DNA from: an uncultured Chlamydiae bacterium
GTDB taxonomy: Bacteria; Chlamydiota; Chlamydiia; Chlamydiales; SM23-39
Reading direction: 5' to 3'
Assembly (NCBI GenBank): GCA_963730605.1
Contig: CAVSSM010000002.1
Coordinates: 64,001 to 128,000, forward strand
DNA length: 64,000 nt
In this document: positions 38,315-48,051 of the stretch, piece by piece
How the letters are laid out: each line of letters starts with the position of its first letter
Numbering within the stretch: position 1 is the first letter of the stretch
Notes under the pieces: generated by a model
What the model was told of the DNA's origin: nothing
What the model saw: only the letters and a program-made list of their open reading frames with translations
Databases searched by the model: none
Program-made: the position numbers and the translations under genes

Positions 38315-38968
38315 ACTTGCAAAATCTAGATGAAATTCCTGACGATGATCGCAAATGCTATGCAGCCTACGAGTCCTGCAGTTCAGGTGGTCTCTGTGGG
38401 GGAGGGGGGATATGGGTGTATAGAAAGAAAATTAAACAATATGTACAAAGTCGAGAAAACACGAAAGCCAACCTTTCCAAATTCGGAGGAAGGCGCGAGG
38501 AGAAAATCGACTGTGATGACGCGGTCACGCACCATACTCGCATAAAAAAAGGCCACGGGCCGGAACTCATGGCGTTCGCATAGGGTCACTATGCGGGATT
38601 AACGAAACTCATTCTACAATGCTATAAGAATTATTGACAAGAGCCTTATTTTTGCCGGCGACCGGACTAAGGAATTCCCGCCGGCTCGGAACAGGTTCCT
38701 GGGTTCGAGTCCTAAAATAGATGAAAATCTTCACCAAAACCCCTATTACCCATTACCCGCTCTTCAAAAACTTGGAGCCCCCCTTCCACAAACTCCCTCT
38801 ATACACAAACAACTGGAAAAGTGGTATATTCCTGACTTTCCTATTTTTTAGGTGCGCTGCCTACAAAATTGCGAAATGCCACAACACCAACTCGGGAATC
38901 CCTATGCAAACAGGCTTTATGCTAAGACCTTATTTACCTGACATTGACTTTGAACGATATTAATCCGC

Positions 38969-40006
38969 ATGACCCTCTTCCAATCCATCATCCTAGGGAT
39001 CGTTCAAGGGCTCACCGAATTTTTTCCGGTCAGCTCTTCCGCCCATTTGGGGCTGGCCAAATGGCTTTTGGGGCTGCAGGATGGCGGGCATCTCCTCTAC
39101 TTCGATCTTGTTTGCCATAGTGGAACGCTCCTCGCGCTGATCCTCTTTTTGCGCAGAGACATCGCCGCAACGTTTAAGAACCCTAAAGAGCTTTTCCTTA
39201 TGGCTCTTGCCCTATGCCCTCTTGTCCCTGCTTATTTTCTCATGGAGCCTCTTCGGATCGCGGCCTCCGATCCCGCCTATCTGGGGTTTTTCTTGATGTT
39301 CACTGCACTCCTTCTTTTTTTCGCCTCCATAAAAAAAAGCGAAAATCGACACAAAGTTCGCACCAGTTCATTGCCTAAAGTGGCCTCTTTCACAATTTTC
39401 ACACAGGATTCGGGCGAGCGAGGCAAAGCCGGATTGAAGCGCAGCGTTCCACATGACGAAGCCATAGCCGAAGGCGCTATGGCTGAGGAAGAGGATCGAT
39501 CTGGCTGCGGAATCGAGAAAAAGGTTCGAGGAACCTTTTTCTCGCGGAGCAGATTCGCGAAGCGAATCGGCCCGAAGGGAGCCGCAGCCGGCCGAAACCC
39601 TGTGAAAATTGTGAAAGAGGCCACTAAAGTCAAAGATGTGCTATGTATAGGGTTTATGCAAACGCTGGCCCTTCTTCCCGGAATCTCGCGCAGCGGGTCG
39701 ACGATCGCGACGGGGCGCCTTTTAGGCTGGGATTGGATCGCCGCAGCGCGCTTTTCCTTTCTCCTTGCTACGCCTGCGATCCTAGGGGGGCTGGCTCTAG
39801 AGACCCTGAAACTCCTCCGCGAGCCATCTGCTCACGTCACAGAAGTCTCGGCCTCTTGCTATGCAGCCGGCTTCATCGCATCTTTTGCCATGGGGGTGAC
39901 CTGTGTCCGTTTTATGTTCAAAATCTATGAACTTGGGATCGTGCGCCCGTTTGCGTGGTATTGCCTTGCCGCCGGCCTCTTAGCCTTATGGACGTTCCAT
40001 GCTTAA
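38969..40006 (+). CDS. uppP: Undecaprenyl-diphosphatase with an 83-aa in-frame insertion
   Basis: GIVQGLTEFFPVSSSAH, LPGISRSGSTI, ARFSFLL; 262 aa after removing the insert. Confidence 0.95.
   Translation: MTLFQSIILGIVQGLTEFFPVSSSAHLGLAKWLLGLQDGGHLLYFDLVCHSGTLLALILFLRRDIAATFKNPKELFLMALALCPLVPAYFLMEPLRIAASDPAYLGFFLMFTALLLFFASIKKSENRHKVRTSSLPKVASFTIFTQDSGERGKAGLKRSVPHDEAIAEGAMAEEEDRSGCGIEKKVRGTFFSRSRFAKRIGPKGAAAGRNPVKIVKEATKVKDVLCIGFMQTLALLPGISRSGSTIATGRLLGWDWIAAARFSFLLATPAILGGLALETLKLLREPSAHVTEVSASCYAAGFIASFAMGVTCVRFMFKIYELGIVRPFAWYCLAAGLLALWTFHA
39376..39628. mobile_element. MITE family E inside uppP (245 bp plus 4-bp TAAA direct repeat)
   Basis: Perfect 24-bp TIR gtggcctctttcacaattttcaca at 39380-39403 and 39601-39624; TAAA on both sides. 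Confidence 0.95.
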
Positions 40007-42398
40007 ACTAAAGAAAAAGGGTAAAAAAGTTCCCCTAAATTCCGATGCCCAGGGACTCATCTATCTCGCAGCCGGCTTCTTGAGTCTTCTCTCCCTTTAT
40101 AGTTTCACCTATCTGGATCCGGGGAAAAATTGGCTGGGGCATGTCGGCTACATCGCTGCTTTGGGTGCCGTTACCCTTTTCGGGCTCGGCTCCTATTTGA
40201 TCCCCTGCTACCTCACCTGGCTTGGGATCTGCTATTTGAGCAGGCAAAAATTGAGCCATCTCTTGTACGACCATCTCTACTTCTTCATCCTCTTGGGTTC
40301 GGCTTGCTCGCTTTTAACCGCCGCAGCCGATCGCTTTCCTGAATCGGCGGCTTCCTGGGAAGAAAAAGTCGTCTCTGAAACTGTGACGATTGCCGCTCCT
40401 TATCCCCACACGCTCATCCGTCGCAATCTCGGCGGCGTCCCGTTTTATTTTCTGTATGCCGATCTGCCGGGCGTAAATTTACAGCGGATCTTAAGTCCCA
40501 TGGGGTGCTTCCTGATTTTTTCTTGCCTTGGGATCGTCTCCTTCTTTCTTCTGACTCGGTTAAGTTTTGGAAAGGGCGCTTTACGGACCTGGAAAGCAGG
40601 ATGCAATGCCGCTCTTCTCTTAAAAGAGCTCATCCGGGTTTTTTGGAATCTCGCAGCAAAAAAAGAGCCCGTAACTTCCCCCCTCTCCAAAAAAACAGGG
40701 TATTCGGGGCTGCCCATGAGCGGCTTGAAAATCAATTTGTCAGAGGAAAAAAAGGCCCAAAAATCAGAAGACCCGAAAAAAATGATTGCCAAGATCTTGA
40801 AACCGGCGCCTATTCCATCTCCCGAAGTGAAAGAGGCTCAAGGCACACTTCCTCAGCTGCCGAAAAAAGACCCCATACCGGTGCCGTCAAAGAGTTTGAT
40901 CGTCCACGCCGACAGCTCTTTCAAACTCCCCACTCCAAACCTCCTTTCCAATCCGGTGAGCAAGATCGATCCGCCCACTTTGAAAAAAGACCTCACGCGT
41001 CAAGCCGCGGTCCTCGAAGAGACGCTAAAGAGTTTTGGGATCGAGACAAAAGTGGGAGAAATCAACAGCGGCCCGACGATCACCTCGTTCGAAGTGCACC
41101 CTTCTATCGGAGTGAAGGTTCAAAAGATCAAAACGCTCGAAAATGATATCGCGCTCAACATGCAGGCCAAATCGATCCGGATCGTCGCCCCGATTCCGGG
41201 CAAAGCCGCTGTCGGCATCGAAGTGCCGGCCATCCATCCCCAAGAGGTGAATTTCAAGGAGATGCTCATCCACTATCAGCAAAAGTCGAAGCGGCTGCAC
41301 ATCCCCATCCTCCTTGGCAAAGCGGTCAACGGCGATTGGGTCTTCTCCGACCTCACCCGTATGCCCCACCTGCTCATCGCCGGGGCGACAGGTTCAGGAA
41401 AATCGGTCTGCATCAATACGATCGTCATCTCGATCCTGATGAACGCGCGTCCAGAAGAAGTAAAGCTTCTCATGGTCGACCCGAAGAAAGTGGAGCTGAC
41501 CCAGTATTCGGAGCTCCCCCACATGATCGCCCCTGTCATCACCGAACCGCATGGCGCTTACGCGGCCTTGCAGTGGCTCGTCAAGGAAATGCAGGTCCGG
41601 TATGAAATTTTAAAACAGCTCGGCCTTCGCAACATCGGGGCTTTCAACAGCCGAAAAGTCGATAAAGATCTTGAAGCTTCTTTGAACATCCCGATCCCGC
41701 CCCAGATGCCTTTCATCATCGCGATCGTTGATGAGTTTGCCGATTTGATGATGGTCTCTAGTGCCGATATCGAAACGCCGATCGCACGGATCGCCCAGAT
41801 GGCCCGCGCTGTCGGCATCCACCTCATCCTTGCCACCCAAAGGCCGTCCCGCGAAGTGATTACCGGCATCATTAAGGCGAACATCCCAACGCGCATTTCC
41901 TTCAAGGTCGCAAGCCGCGTCAACTCGCAGATCATCCTCGACGACATCGGGGCCGAGAGCCTCCTCGGCAATGGAGACCTCTTGTTCCTTCCGCCCGGCT
42001 CTTCGCAGCTCATGCGCGCTCAAGGAGCTTATTTGAGCGATGAAGATATCAGCCAGGTCATCAAATTCCTCTCTTCGCAAGGCCCCCCTCAATATCTCCT
42101 CCCCTCGTTCGACTCATTCCGCTCGTTTGACGTCGGTGCGGATGACGACGACGACAAGCCAAAAGGGAAGGACCCTCTTTATGACCAAGCATTGACTATT
42201 GTCTTAGGCTCGAAGAGCGCATCGACGACCTTCCTGCAGAGAAAATTGAAGATCGGTTATGCCCGGGCTGCCTCGCTGATGGACGAGCTCGAAGAGAATG
42301 GGATTATCGGGCCTCAAGAGGGGGCGCGCCCAAGACGGGTGATCGCCTCCTCGCAGGCTTCTTTTGCAGAGGAAGAAGAAGATGTCGAAATTCCTTAA
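39999..42398 (+). CDS. ftsK: DNA translocase FtsK
   Basis: 4TM N-terminus, PHLLIAGATGSGKS, VDEFADLM, LATQRPS, gamma domain LQRKLKIGYARAA. Confidence 0.97.
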   Translation: MLKLKKKGKKVPLNSDAQGLIYLAAGFLSLLSLYSFTYLDPGKNWLGHVGYIAALGAVTLFGLGSYLIPCYLTWLGICYLSRQKLSHLLYDHLYFFILLGSACSLLTAAADRFPESAASWEEKVVSETVTIAAPYPHTLIRRNLGGVPFYFLYADLPGVNLQRILSPMGCFLIFSCLGIVSFFLLTRLSFGKGALRTWKAGCNAALLLKELIRVFWNLAAKKEPVTSPLSKKTGYSGLPMSGLKINLSEEKKAQKSEDPKKMIAKILKPAPIPSPEVKEAQGTLPQLPKKDPIPVPSKSLIVHADSSFKLPTPNLLSNPVSKIDPPTLKKDLTRQAAVLEETLKSFGIETKVGEINSGPTITSFEVHPSIGVKVQKIKTLENDIALNMQAKSIRIVAPIPGKAAVGIEVPAIHPQEVNFKEMLIHYQQKSKRLHIPILLGKAVNGDWVFSDLTRMPHLLIAGATGSGKSVCINTIVISILMNARPEEVKLLMVDPKKVELTQYSELPHMIAPVITEPHGAYAALQWLVKEMQVRYEILKQLGLRNIGAFNSRKVDKDLEASLNIPIPPQMPFIIAIVDEFADLMMVSSADIETPIARIAQMARAVGIHLILATQRPSREVITGIIKANIPTRISFKVASRVNSQIILDDIGAESLLGNGDLLFLPPGSSQLMRAQGAYLSDEDISQVIKFLSSQGPPQYLLPSFDSFRSFDVGADDDDDKPKGKDPLYDQALTIVLGSKSASTTFLQRKLKIGYARAASLMDELEENGIIGPQEGARPRRVIASSQASFAEEEEDVEIP

Positions 42399-43239
42399 AT
42401 TCTGGGGAACGCGGGGATCCTGCCCGGTCAGCGGTCCTGAGTACGCGAAATTCGGAGGGAACACCTCTTGCGTTGAAATCCGCTATGGCGAGGCGCATCT
42501 CATCATCGATGCCGGCACCGGCATCCGCCCTTTGGGGGTGGAGATGCTAAATACGCTTAAGCCTTTTCACCTGATTTTAAGCCATACCCACTGGGATCAT
42601 GTAATCGGGTTTCCGTTTTTCGAGCCCCTATATTCGCCCGACTCGGAAATCACGATCTGGTCACCCTCGAAAAGCGAGAAAGGCTGCAGTCAGATCTTTG
42701 ACGACCTCATGAGCGAGAAATTTTTCCCGATCCAGCTCTCTGAACTCCGAGCGAAACTCCATTTTTATTGCATCGATGAGAAAACACCGATCCGCATTGG
42801 GCCTTTGACGATCCATAGCCACCGCGCCCATCACCCTTCCACGACATACTGCCTTAAGATTACAACTCCCCATCAGACGATCGGATATGCATCCGATAAC
42901 GAGATGTTCAAGGACTATCATGGGGATCTCATGCATGCGCCGGCAGATGACGGCTTAGTTCCCTTTTTCACCGGGTGCGACCTCCTCATCCACGAGGCGC
43001 AATATTTCCTCGAAGAGTATCTGCAAAAAGTGGGCTGGGGCCATTCTTCGGTCTCGAATGCGGCAGCGCTTGTCCAAAAGGCGCGCATCAAACGGTGGCT
43101 CGTCACCCACCATGATCCCAAGCACACTGACGATGAACTCCAAACGCTTGCCGCCTTGTCGCAGCGTCTCCTGACGGAAAATAAACTCCCCTGCCGCTCA
43201 GAATGGATCGGCGACGGGCATATCGTTTTTCTTGATTGA
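42382..43239 (+). CDS. MBL-fold metallohydrolase
   Basis: WGTRGS, GGNTSC, DAGTG, SHTHWDH, GHS, THHDP. Confidence 0.92.
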   Translation: MSKFLKFWGTRGSCPVSGPEYAKFGGNTSCVEIRYGEAHLIIDAGTGIRPLGVEMLNTLKPFHLILSHTHWDHVIGFPFFEPLYSPDSEITIWSPSKSEKGCSQIFDDLMSEKFFPIQLSELRAKLHFYCIDEKTPIRIGPLTIHSHRAHHPSTTYCLKITTPHQTIGYASDNEMFKDYHGDLMHAPADDGLVPFFTGCDLLIHEAQYFLEEYLQKVGWGHSSVSNAAALVQKARIKRWLVTHHDPKHTDDELQTLAALSQRLLTENKLPCRSEWIGDGHIVFLD

Positions 43240-43243
43240 GAAA

Positions 43244-44017
43244 TTAAAAAACGATCGGCTTCGAATTTTGCTCTTGATAGGCAATCGATAGGTCGACGGA
43301 TTTATTTTGAGATGCGAGAAATTCCTGTACGATTTTCAGAGCCAATTCAGGATGGTTGCATTCGCTGGAAAGGTGGGCTAAATGGACGTGCTTCAAATCC
43401 GGATGAAACACCGACGCTAAAAGAGAGGCGCAAGTTTCATTTGAAAGATGGCCTTGTCTCCCAAGAACCCTTTGCTTATAGATCGCAGGGCGGTGGCTCG
43501 CATGGACCATTGATGGTTGATGGTTCGCTTCCAAGTAGAGATAATCGCAACACTCGAGCTGCTTCTTGACAAGAGAGGTCGCGCAGCCCAAGTCGGTGCA
43601 AAACCCCAGCTTTAAGGAATTCGTCCGGATCGTAAACGCGACGGGATCGAGCGTATCATGAGGAATGGTGAATGGATGGATTTCGAGATCCTCGAATTCA
43701 AAAGGCTCTCCAGTCGTAAAAATTTTAAAACGGGGCCGAATTTTCAATGCAGCGCAAATCCCTTTTGCAGTTTCAGCATTCGAAAAAACGGGGATCTTGA
43801 GTTTTTCAGCGAGCGCGCCGAGTCCTTGGATGTGATCCGTATGTTCGTGTGTGATCAAAATGGCGGCGATTGTGTTGAGATCGATGTCGATGGCAGAGAG
43901 CCGTTTCTTTAGGCTAGCGCCGCTGATCCCCGCATCGATCAAGATCCGCGTCCGTTCCGTACCGAGAAAAATCGCATTTCCTTTTGATCCCGATGCAAGA
44001 GGACAAAATCCTTTCAT
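43244..44017 (-). CDS. MBL-fold hydrolase, YycJ/WalJ-like
   Basis: LASGSKGN, THEHTDH, PHD, TDLG, LEANH, GHLSN, AHLS. Confidence 0.92.
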   Translation of the reverse strand: MKGFCPLASGSKGNAIFLGTERTRILIDAGISGASLKKRLSAIDIDLNTIAAILITHEHTDHIQGLGALAEKLKIPVFSNAETAKGICAALKIRPRFKIFTTGEPFEFEDLEIHPFTIPHDTLDPVAFTIRTNSLKLGFCTDLGCATSLVKKQLECCDYLYLEANHQPSMVHASHRPAIYKQRVLGRQGHLSNETCASLLASVFHPDLKHVHLAHLSSECNHPELALKIVQEFLASQNKSVDLSIAYQEQNSKPIVF

Positions 44018-44226
44018 GCCGCGTTAGTCTATACTAATTTACTTTTATATTGTCTCCTGAGTTTGTGGACACCCTCTTAGGGAACCAAGGTGTGCGGCCG
44101 CCCTCTTATTGCACCGCCTATTTTTAACGAGGTAGCCCTGATTGCCTGTAAACTTAGGTAACCGGCCAACAACAGCGTTCGGCAGAGCATATAACCGACA
44201 ATCAGGCCTAGCGGGACCGGCGATAT

Positions 44227-44397
44227 TAACCTGAGTTTTGGGTTCATTTGTCTATGAGATTCAAGGATATTTCGAGCATATTTTTGCGCTTTGGAGAACC
44301 GAGAGCAATATCGGGACGAGCATCTTGCCGAGGCGAAAAGTCAAAAAGATGCCGAAAGAAATTGAAGCTCAGGCAAATGAACCCAAAACTCAGGTTA
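44227..44397. mobile_element. MITE family C (TA-ACCTGAG ends)
   Basis: Perfect 24-bp inverted repeat taacctgagttttgggttcatttg including TA; partial copy at 62759-62852. Confidence 0.93.
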
Positions 44398-44959
44398 TTA
44401 GTGTACTGATAGCACCGATGTTATCAGCAAGCGAATCGTTCAAATATGCGGCGCCAAGTGTTGCGATTCCGTAGCTTCGAACTAGAGAGTATTGAGTTGC
44501 CATTGCATGGCTTTTATCCATAGGATGGATCCGTCGAGCTATACTGCGCCTGCTTAGGTTGTGTGAATTTTGACAGCAGATTTTTGGCTCCAGTAGCATT
44601 GCGGAGATCGAGTCCAACTTGCACAATGTTAACGAGATCGAGCAATGCGCTGGAGCAAAAAAGATGCTCAACAAAATTCACTCAAGATGAGCGGGCGCAG
44701 TATAGTTGCCTTGGAGTAAAAGCACGGCCAACTGGCCATGAATACCCCATGGCGTTTAAGGCGCCATCAACAAAACTAACGCAGTTAAAAAAAACCGGAG
44801 AATACTGCATTTTTTCATCCAAACACTGTGACATAATTTTGAAGATATAATTTTTGACAGATTCCATTTGTTGCTTATTCGCCAAGAAATCGACAGTCAA
44901 TTCATTAGTAAATTTCGATTGATGGGCATTTATTGAATCATCGATCACATTGCAGCTAA
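44398..44959 (-). pseudogene. Low-GC gene fragment split by MITE B and bounded by MITEs C and E
   Basis: Removing 163 bp joins ...TPRQL to ARRIHPMDK... in one frame. Confidence 0.75.
44540..44704. mobile_element. MITE family B, second copy
   Basis: TA-TACTG...CAGTA-TA; reverse complement of 38150-38314 with about 3 differences. Confidence 0.93.
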
Positions 44960-45124
44960 CTCGACTTTGTACAATTTTTGGCAAGCAGATCCAGAGGAAG
45001 CGCTCTGCAATTTTTTTCTTTTTTTGCGAAATTCATAGCCGAAGGCGCTATTTATGAGCAAAAAAAGGAAAAAAGGGCCAGCGATTCTCTCGGAGATGCC
45101 GTCACAAAATTGTACAAAGTCGAG
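44960..45124. mobile_element. MITE with CTCGACTTTGTAC ends (family E related)
   Basis: 19-bp TIR ctcgactttgtacaatttt; apical motif catagccgaaggcgctat identical to 39463-39480. Confidence 0.9.
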
Positions 45125-45224
45125 GTGTCAACAAAACATTTTTTACGAGCATTTTACACTCGAAAAATTTGTTTAACAAAAATTTTCACTTTGAAAAATT
45201 AACCTGTTCATTTAAAGAATGGAA

Positions 45225-45404
45225 TTAGAGGGTGTCTACAAAGTGAGGGAACGCCCGAGTTTTTGGATTATTTTGGCCGCTTTTCGACTTCAAAGCTTGG
45301 GGAGCCATATACTGTTGTCGATATTGCCCCCCAAGTCTTGAATCGAAAATCGGCTCAAAAGAACCGAAAAATCGACAGAACCTCACATTGTAGACACCCT
45401 CTTA
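45225..45404. mobile_element. MITE family F (GAGGGTGTC ends, TTA duplication; IS5/IS1031-like)
   Basis: TTA-gagggtgtctacaaagtgagg ... cctcacattgtagacaccctc-TTA; fragments at 37717, ~44060, 54572 and 55282. Confidence 0.92.
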
Positions 45405-45429
45405 AGAGCGCACTTAAGGAAAAACGGTT

Positions 45430-45792
45430 ATGGCATCCGAAGAAATTTTGATGGAGATCGATGAGACGTTGGATCGTTTGATCCAGAATGCTGAAGCGAT
45501 CGCCGGCGTCGAAATTGCAGAACTCTCCGTCATCGAGCTCGAGGCGTTTCAGAAGACGCAAGAGAGCCTCATCCAGCATTTGCTCTACACAGATGAGCGG
45601 CTGGAATCGCAGAGACAAGGTCTTTCCAAGGTAGACAAACGATCGGCGAGTTATAAACTCATAGAAAAACGGGCCAAGTTTGAAAAACTAAAATCAACCT
45701 ATCATAAAAATATCTCAGATACGATAGAAAAAAAGCTGCCGATCCTGTCAAAACGTCGGCGCAAGCGCTTCTTGGTAAACTTCAGAACTTAG
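45430..45792 (+). CDS. Hypothetical coiled-coil protein
   Basis: RBS aagga; 120-aa ORF. Confidence 0.7.
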   Translation: MASEEILMEIDETLDRLIQNAEAIAGVEIAELSVIELEAFQKTQESLIQHLLYTDERLESQRQGLSKVDKRSASYKLIEKRAKFEKLKSTYHKNISDTIEKKLPILSKRRRKRFLVNFRT

Positions 45793-48007
45793 CAAGCGAC
45801 CGGAGAGCCTCTTCCAAGTCTTTGACTTTCGGCAGGACTTCTTCTTCCAGATCTTTGCAATAGGGAACGGGACAATCTTTTCCGGCGATGCGGCGCACGG
45901 GAGCGTCGAGGAAGAAAAACGCCTCTTCCGCCACGCGGGCGGCAAGCTCAGCGCCGAATCCGCAGTTGCGGGGCGCTTCATGGACAACGAGGAACTTGCC
46001 CGTTTTCTTGATGGAAGTTAAGACGGAACCAAAATCGAGCGGCACGAGGGTGCGAAGGTCGATCACTTCCACCGAGATCCCCTCTTTGGAAAGAGTGTCT
46101 GCCGCCTCGATCGCCATCAGGATCCCCATGCCCCAGGCGGCGACCGTGACATCGGCGCCGCTTTTCAGAATGGCAGCCTGGCCGAAAGGAAGAAGATCAT
46201 CGGGTCCAGGCTCGGGACGCGCGCAAAAGAGGCGCTGGCGGTAAAGGGCCTTATGTTCGAGGAAAATCACCGGATTTGGATCGCGGATCGCCGTCTTCAA
46301 AAGACGCTTCGCATCAGCCGCGTTGCTGGGGATCGCCACTTTCAGTCCCGGACAATGGGAGAGAAACGCTTCGGTGCTCTGGGAATGGTAAGGTCCGCCC
46401 TGGATGTAGCCGCCATAAGGCATCCGGATCACGACCGGGCAATTCCATACCCCATTGGAGCGGTAATACATGCTCGAGAGTTCATTGAAGAGCTGGTTCA
46501 TCCCTGTCCAGGCATAGTCGGCAAATTGGATCTCCGCAACAGGCTTATGAAAGCCGTCGAATGAAAGCCCGGTCGCAAGAGCGACGATCGTCGATTCGGC
46601 AAGCGGAGTGTTGAAACACCTATTTTCAGTAAAACGGTCGGTCAATGTGCGGGTGATGCCGAATACGCCCCCTTTGCCTCTTGCGACATCTTGGCCAAAG
46701 ACAACGACCCCCGGGTCTCGCTCCATTTCTTCGACGAGAGCGTGATTGAGCGCATCCATCAAGACTATGGCTTCCTTATCGGTAGGCTCGGCGGCTCCCT
46801 CGGAAGGTTGTAGAGCCGGCTCGTAAGGCTTGAACACTTTATCCGCAGCTGAGGCGCGGGAGGGAAAGGGAAGCCGATCTGCGGCTTGAGATGCCTCTTC
46901 TACGCGAACGAAATGGCGGCGGCGCAAAGCTTCTAGCTCTTCTTCAGTAAGATAGTTTTGGTCGAGAAGCCACTTTTCGAAACGGGGGATGGGATCGCGA
47001 AGCTTGTCGGAAGAGCGGAACGTTTCACACTGGTATTTTTTCGGGTCGTCGCTGCTGCTGTGAGGGCTGAGGCGGGGCACTTTTGCAATCACAAGACTCG
47101 GTCCCCCGCCTTGGCGGGCCCGAGCTACCGCCTTTTGGAGCGCATCAGCCGTTTCGATATAGTCGCAGCCGTCGATCTCAAAAACAGAGAGCCCATCGTA
47201 TCCGCGGGCCATTTTGGCGATCGTTCCTCCTGCCGTCTGTTCAGCGACCGGCACCGAAATTGCCCAGCCGTTGTCTTGGATCACAATGACAAGCGGCAAC
47301 TTGTGAAGGCAGGCGAAATTGAGCGTCTCGTGAAAATCGCCCTGAGAGGTCGCACCATCCCCTGCTGATACGTAAACCACTTCTATACCGCGTTCCGTCA
47401 GGTTTTGTGAATTTGGACTGGCTGCGCCTTTGCCTAATCGATTCTGTTTTTCGCCCTTCTCTTCTTGAGCATGTTGCTCAAAATGCGAATCGATTATGCT
47501 TTGGCTCGCAGAGTCCAAATTTACAAAACCTTCCTGCTCCCGGTATATTTTTTCACGCAAAACGGCCGATTTGGCAGTGCCCGCAGCTTGGAGGAACTGC
47601 GAACCTACGACGCTCGACTGACAAGGGATTCTCAAATCTGCTTGAGAAAAATGCTCCGGCATCATCCGCCCGCCCGAATGATTCTCGATATCGCGGGCTA
47701 AAAATGCAGCGAGAATATCGACAGGAGAACATCCAAGGCCGATGGCGAAAGCCCTGTCGCGGTAATAGGGAAATCCCCAGTCTACGCCTGGAGTTAAGGA
47801 AAGTGCTGAAACCGCCCCGATCAGCTCATGGCCGGAGACGGAGAGCTGAAAGGTCGCGCCCTTGTTCTGCCGAACAAGCTTTGCCATCTTGTCGTCCATG
47901 AACCGGGTCAAATGGAGAACTTCAAGGACGCGGAGAACCCGCTCCCGCGAGGTTAGGCTCCCTTTAATTAAATCTTCCAGCAATATGTCGTTTCGGTATA
48001 CATTCAT
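45782..48007 (-). CDS. Fused alpha/beta E1 of (branched-chain) 2-oxoacid dehydrogenase with a 54-aa in-frame insertion
   Basis: GHE, PYYRD, GDGATSQG..DNGWAIS (ThDP motif), HSSSDD, NTPLAES, EIQFADY, GPYHSQ. Confidence 0.95.
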   Translation of the reverse strand: MNVYRNDILLEDLIKGSLTSRERVLRVLEVLHLTRFMDDKMAKLVRQNKGATFQLSVSGHELIGAVSALSLTPGVDWGFPYYRDRAFAIGLGCSPVDILAAFLARDIENHSGGRMMPEHFSQADLRIPCQSSVVGSQFLQAAGTAKSAVLREKIYREQEGFVNLDSASQSIIDSHFEQHAQEEKGEKQNRLGKGAASPNSQNLTERGIEVVYVSAGDGATSQGDFHETLNFACLHKLPLVIVIQDNGWAISVPVAEQTAGGTIAKMARGYDGLSVFEIDGCDYIETADALQKAVARARQGGGPSLVIAKVPRLSPHSSSDDPKKYQCETFRSSDKLRDPIPRFEKWLLDQNYLTEEELEALRRRHFVRVEEASQAADRLPFPSRASAADKVFKPYEPALQPSEGAAEPTDKEAIVLMDALNHALVEEMERDPGVVVFGQDVARGKGGVFGITRTLTDRFTENRCFNTPLAESTIVALATGLSFDGFHKPVAEIQFADYAWTGMNQLFNELSSMYYRSNGVWNCPVVIRMPYGGYIQGGPYHSQSTEAFLSHCPGLKVAIPSNAADAKRLLKTAIRDPNPVIFLEHKALYRQRLFCARPEPGPDDLLPFGQAAILKSGADVTVAAWGMGILMAIEAADTLSKEGISVEVIDLRTLVPLDFGSVLTSIKKTGKFLVVHEAPRNCGFGAELAARVAEEAFFFLDAPVRRIAGKDCPVPYCKDLEEEVLPKVKDLEEALRSLAKF
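47384..47547. mobile_element. MITE (TA-TACCG ends) inside the E1 gene, 160 bp plus TA
   Basis: Imperfect TIR tataccg..aggttttgt(g/a)aatttggact; inner arms aatcgattc/gaatcgatt and ttgagca/tgctcaa. Confidence 0.92.
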
Positions 48008-48051
48008 GCAGACATAATAAACGAAGAAGGACTAAAACTTTAGGTAAATTA

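Noticed and set aside
38173..38583. ORFs made largely of MITE sequence (38142, 38173, 44238, 44563, 44978, 45263, 62749, and the 32853 extension)
   Set aside because: They start or lie within elements, and their shared peptides reflect DNA repeats rather than genes.
39380..39624. Intein or self-splicing intron in uppP or E1
   Set aside because: No C/S...HN intein ends and no group I/II boundary motifs seen. TIRs with target duplication indicate transposition.
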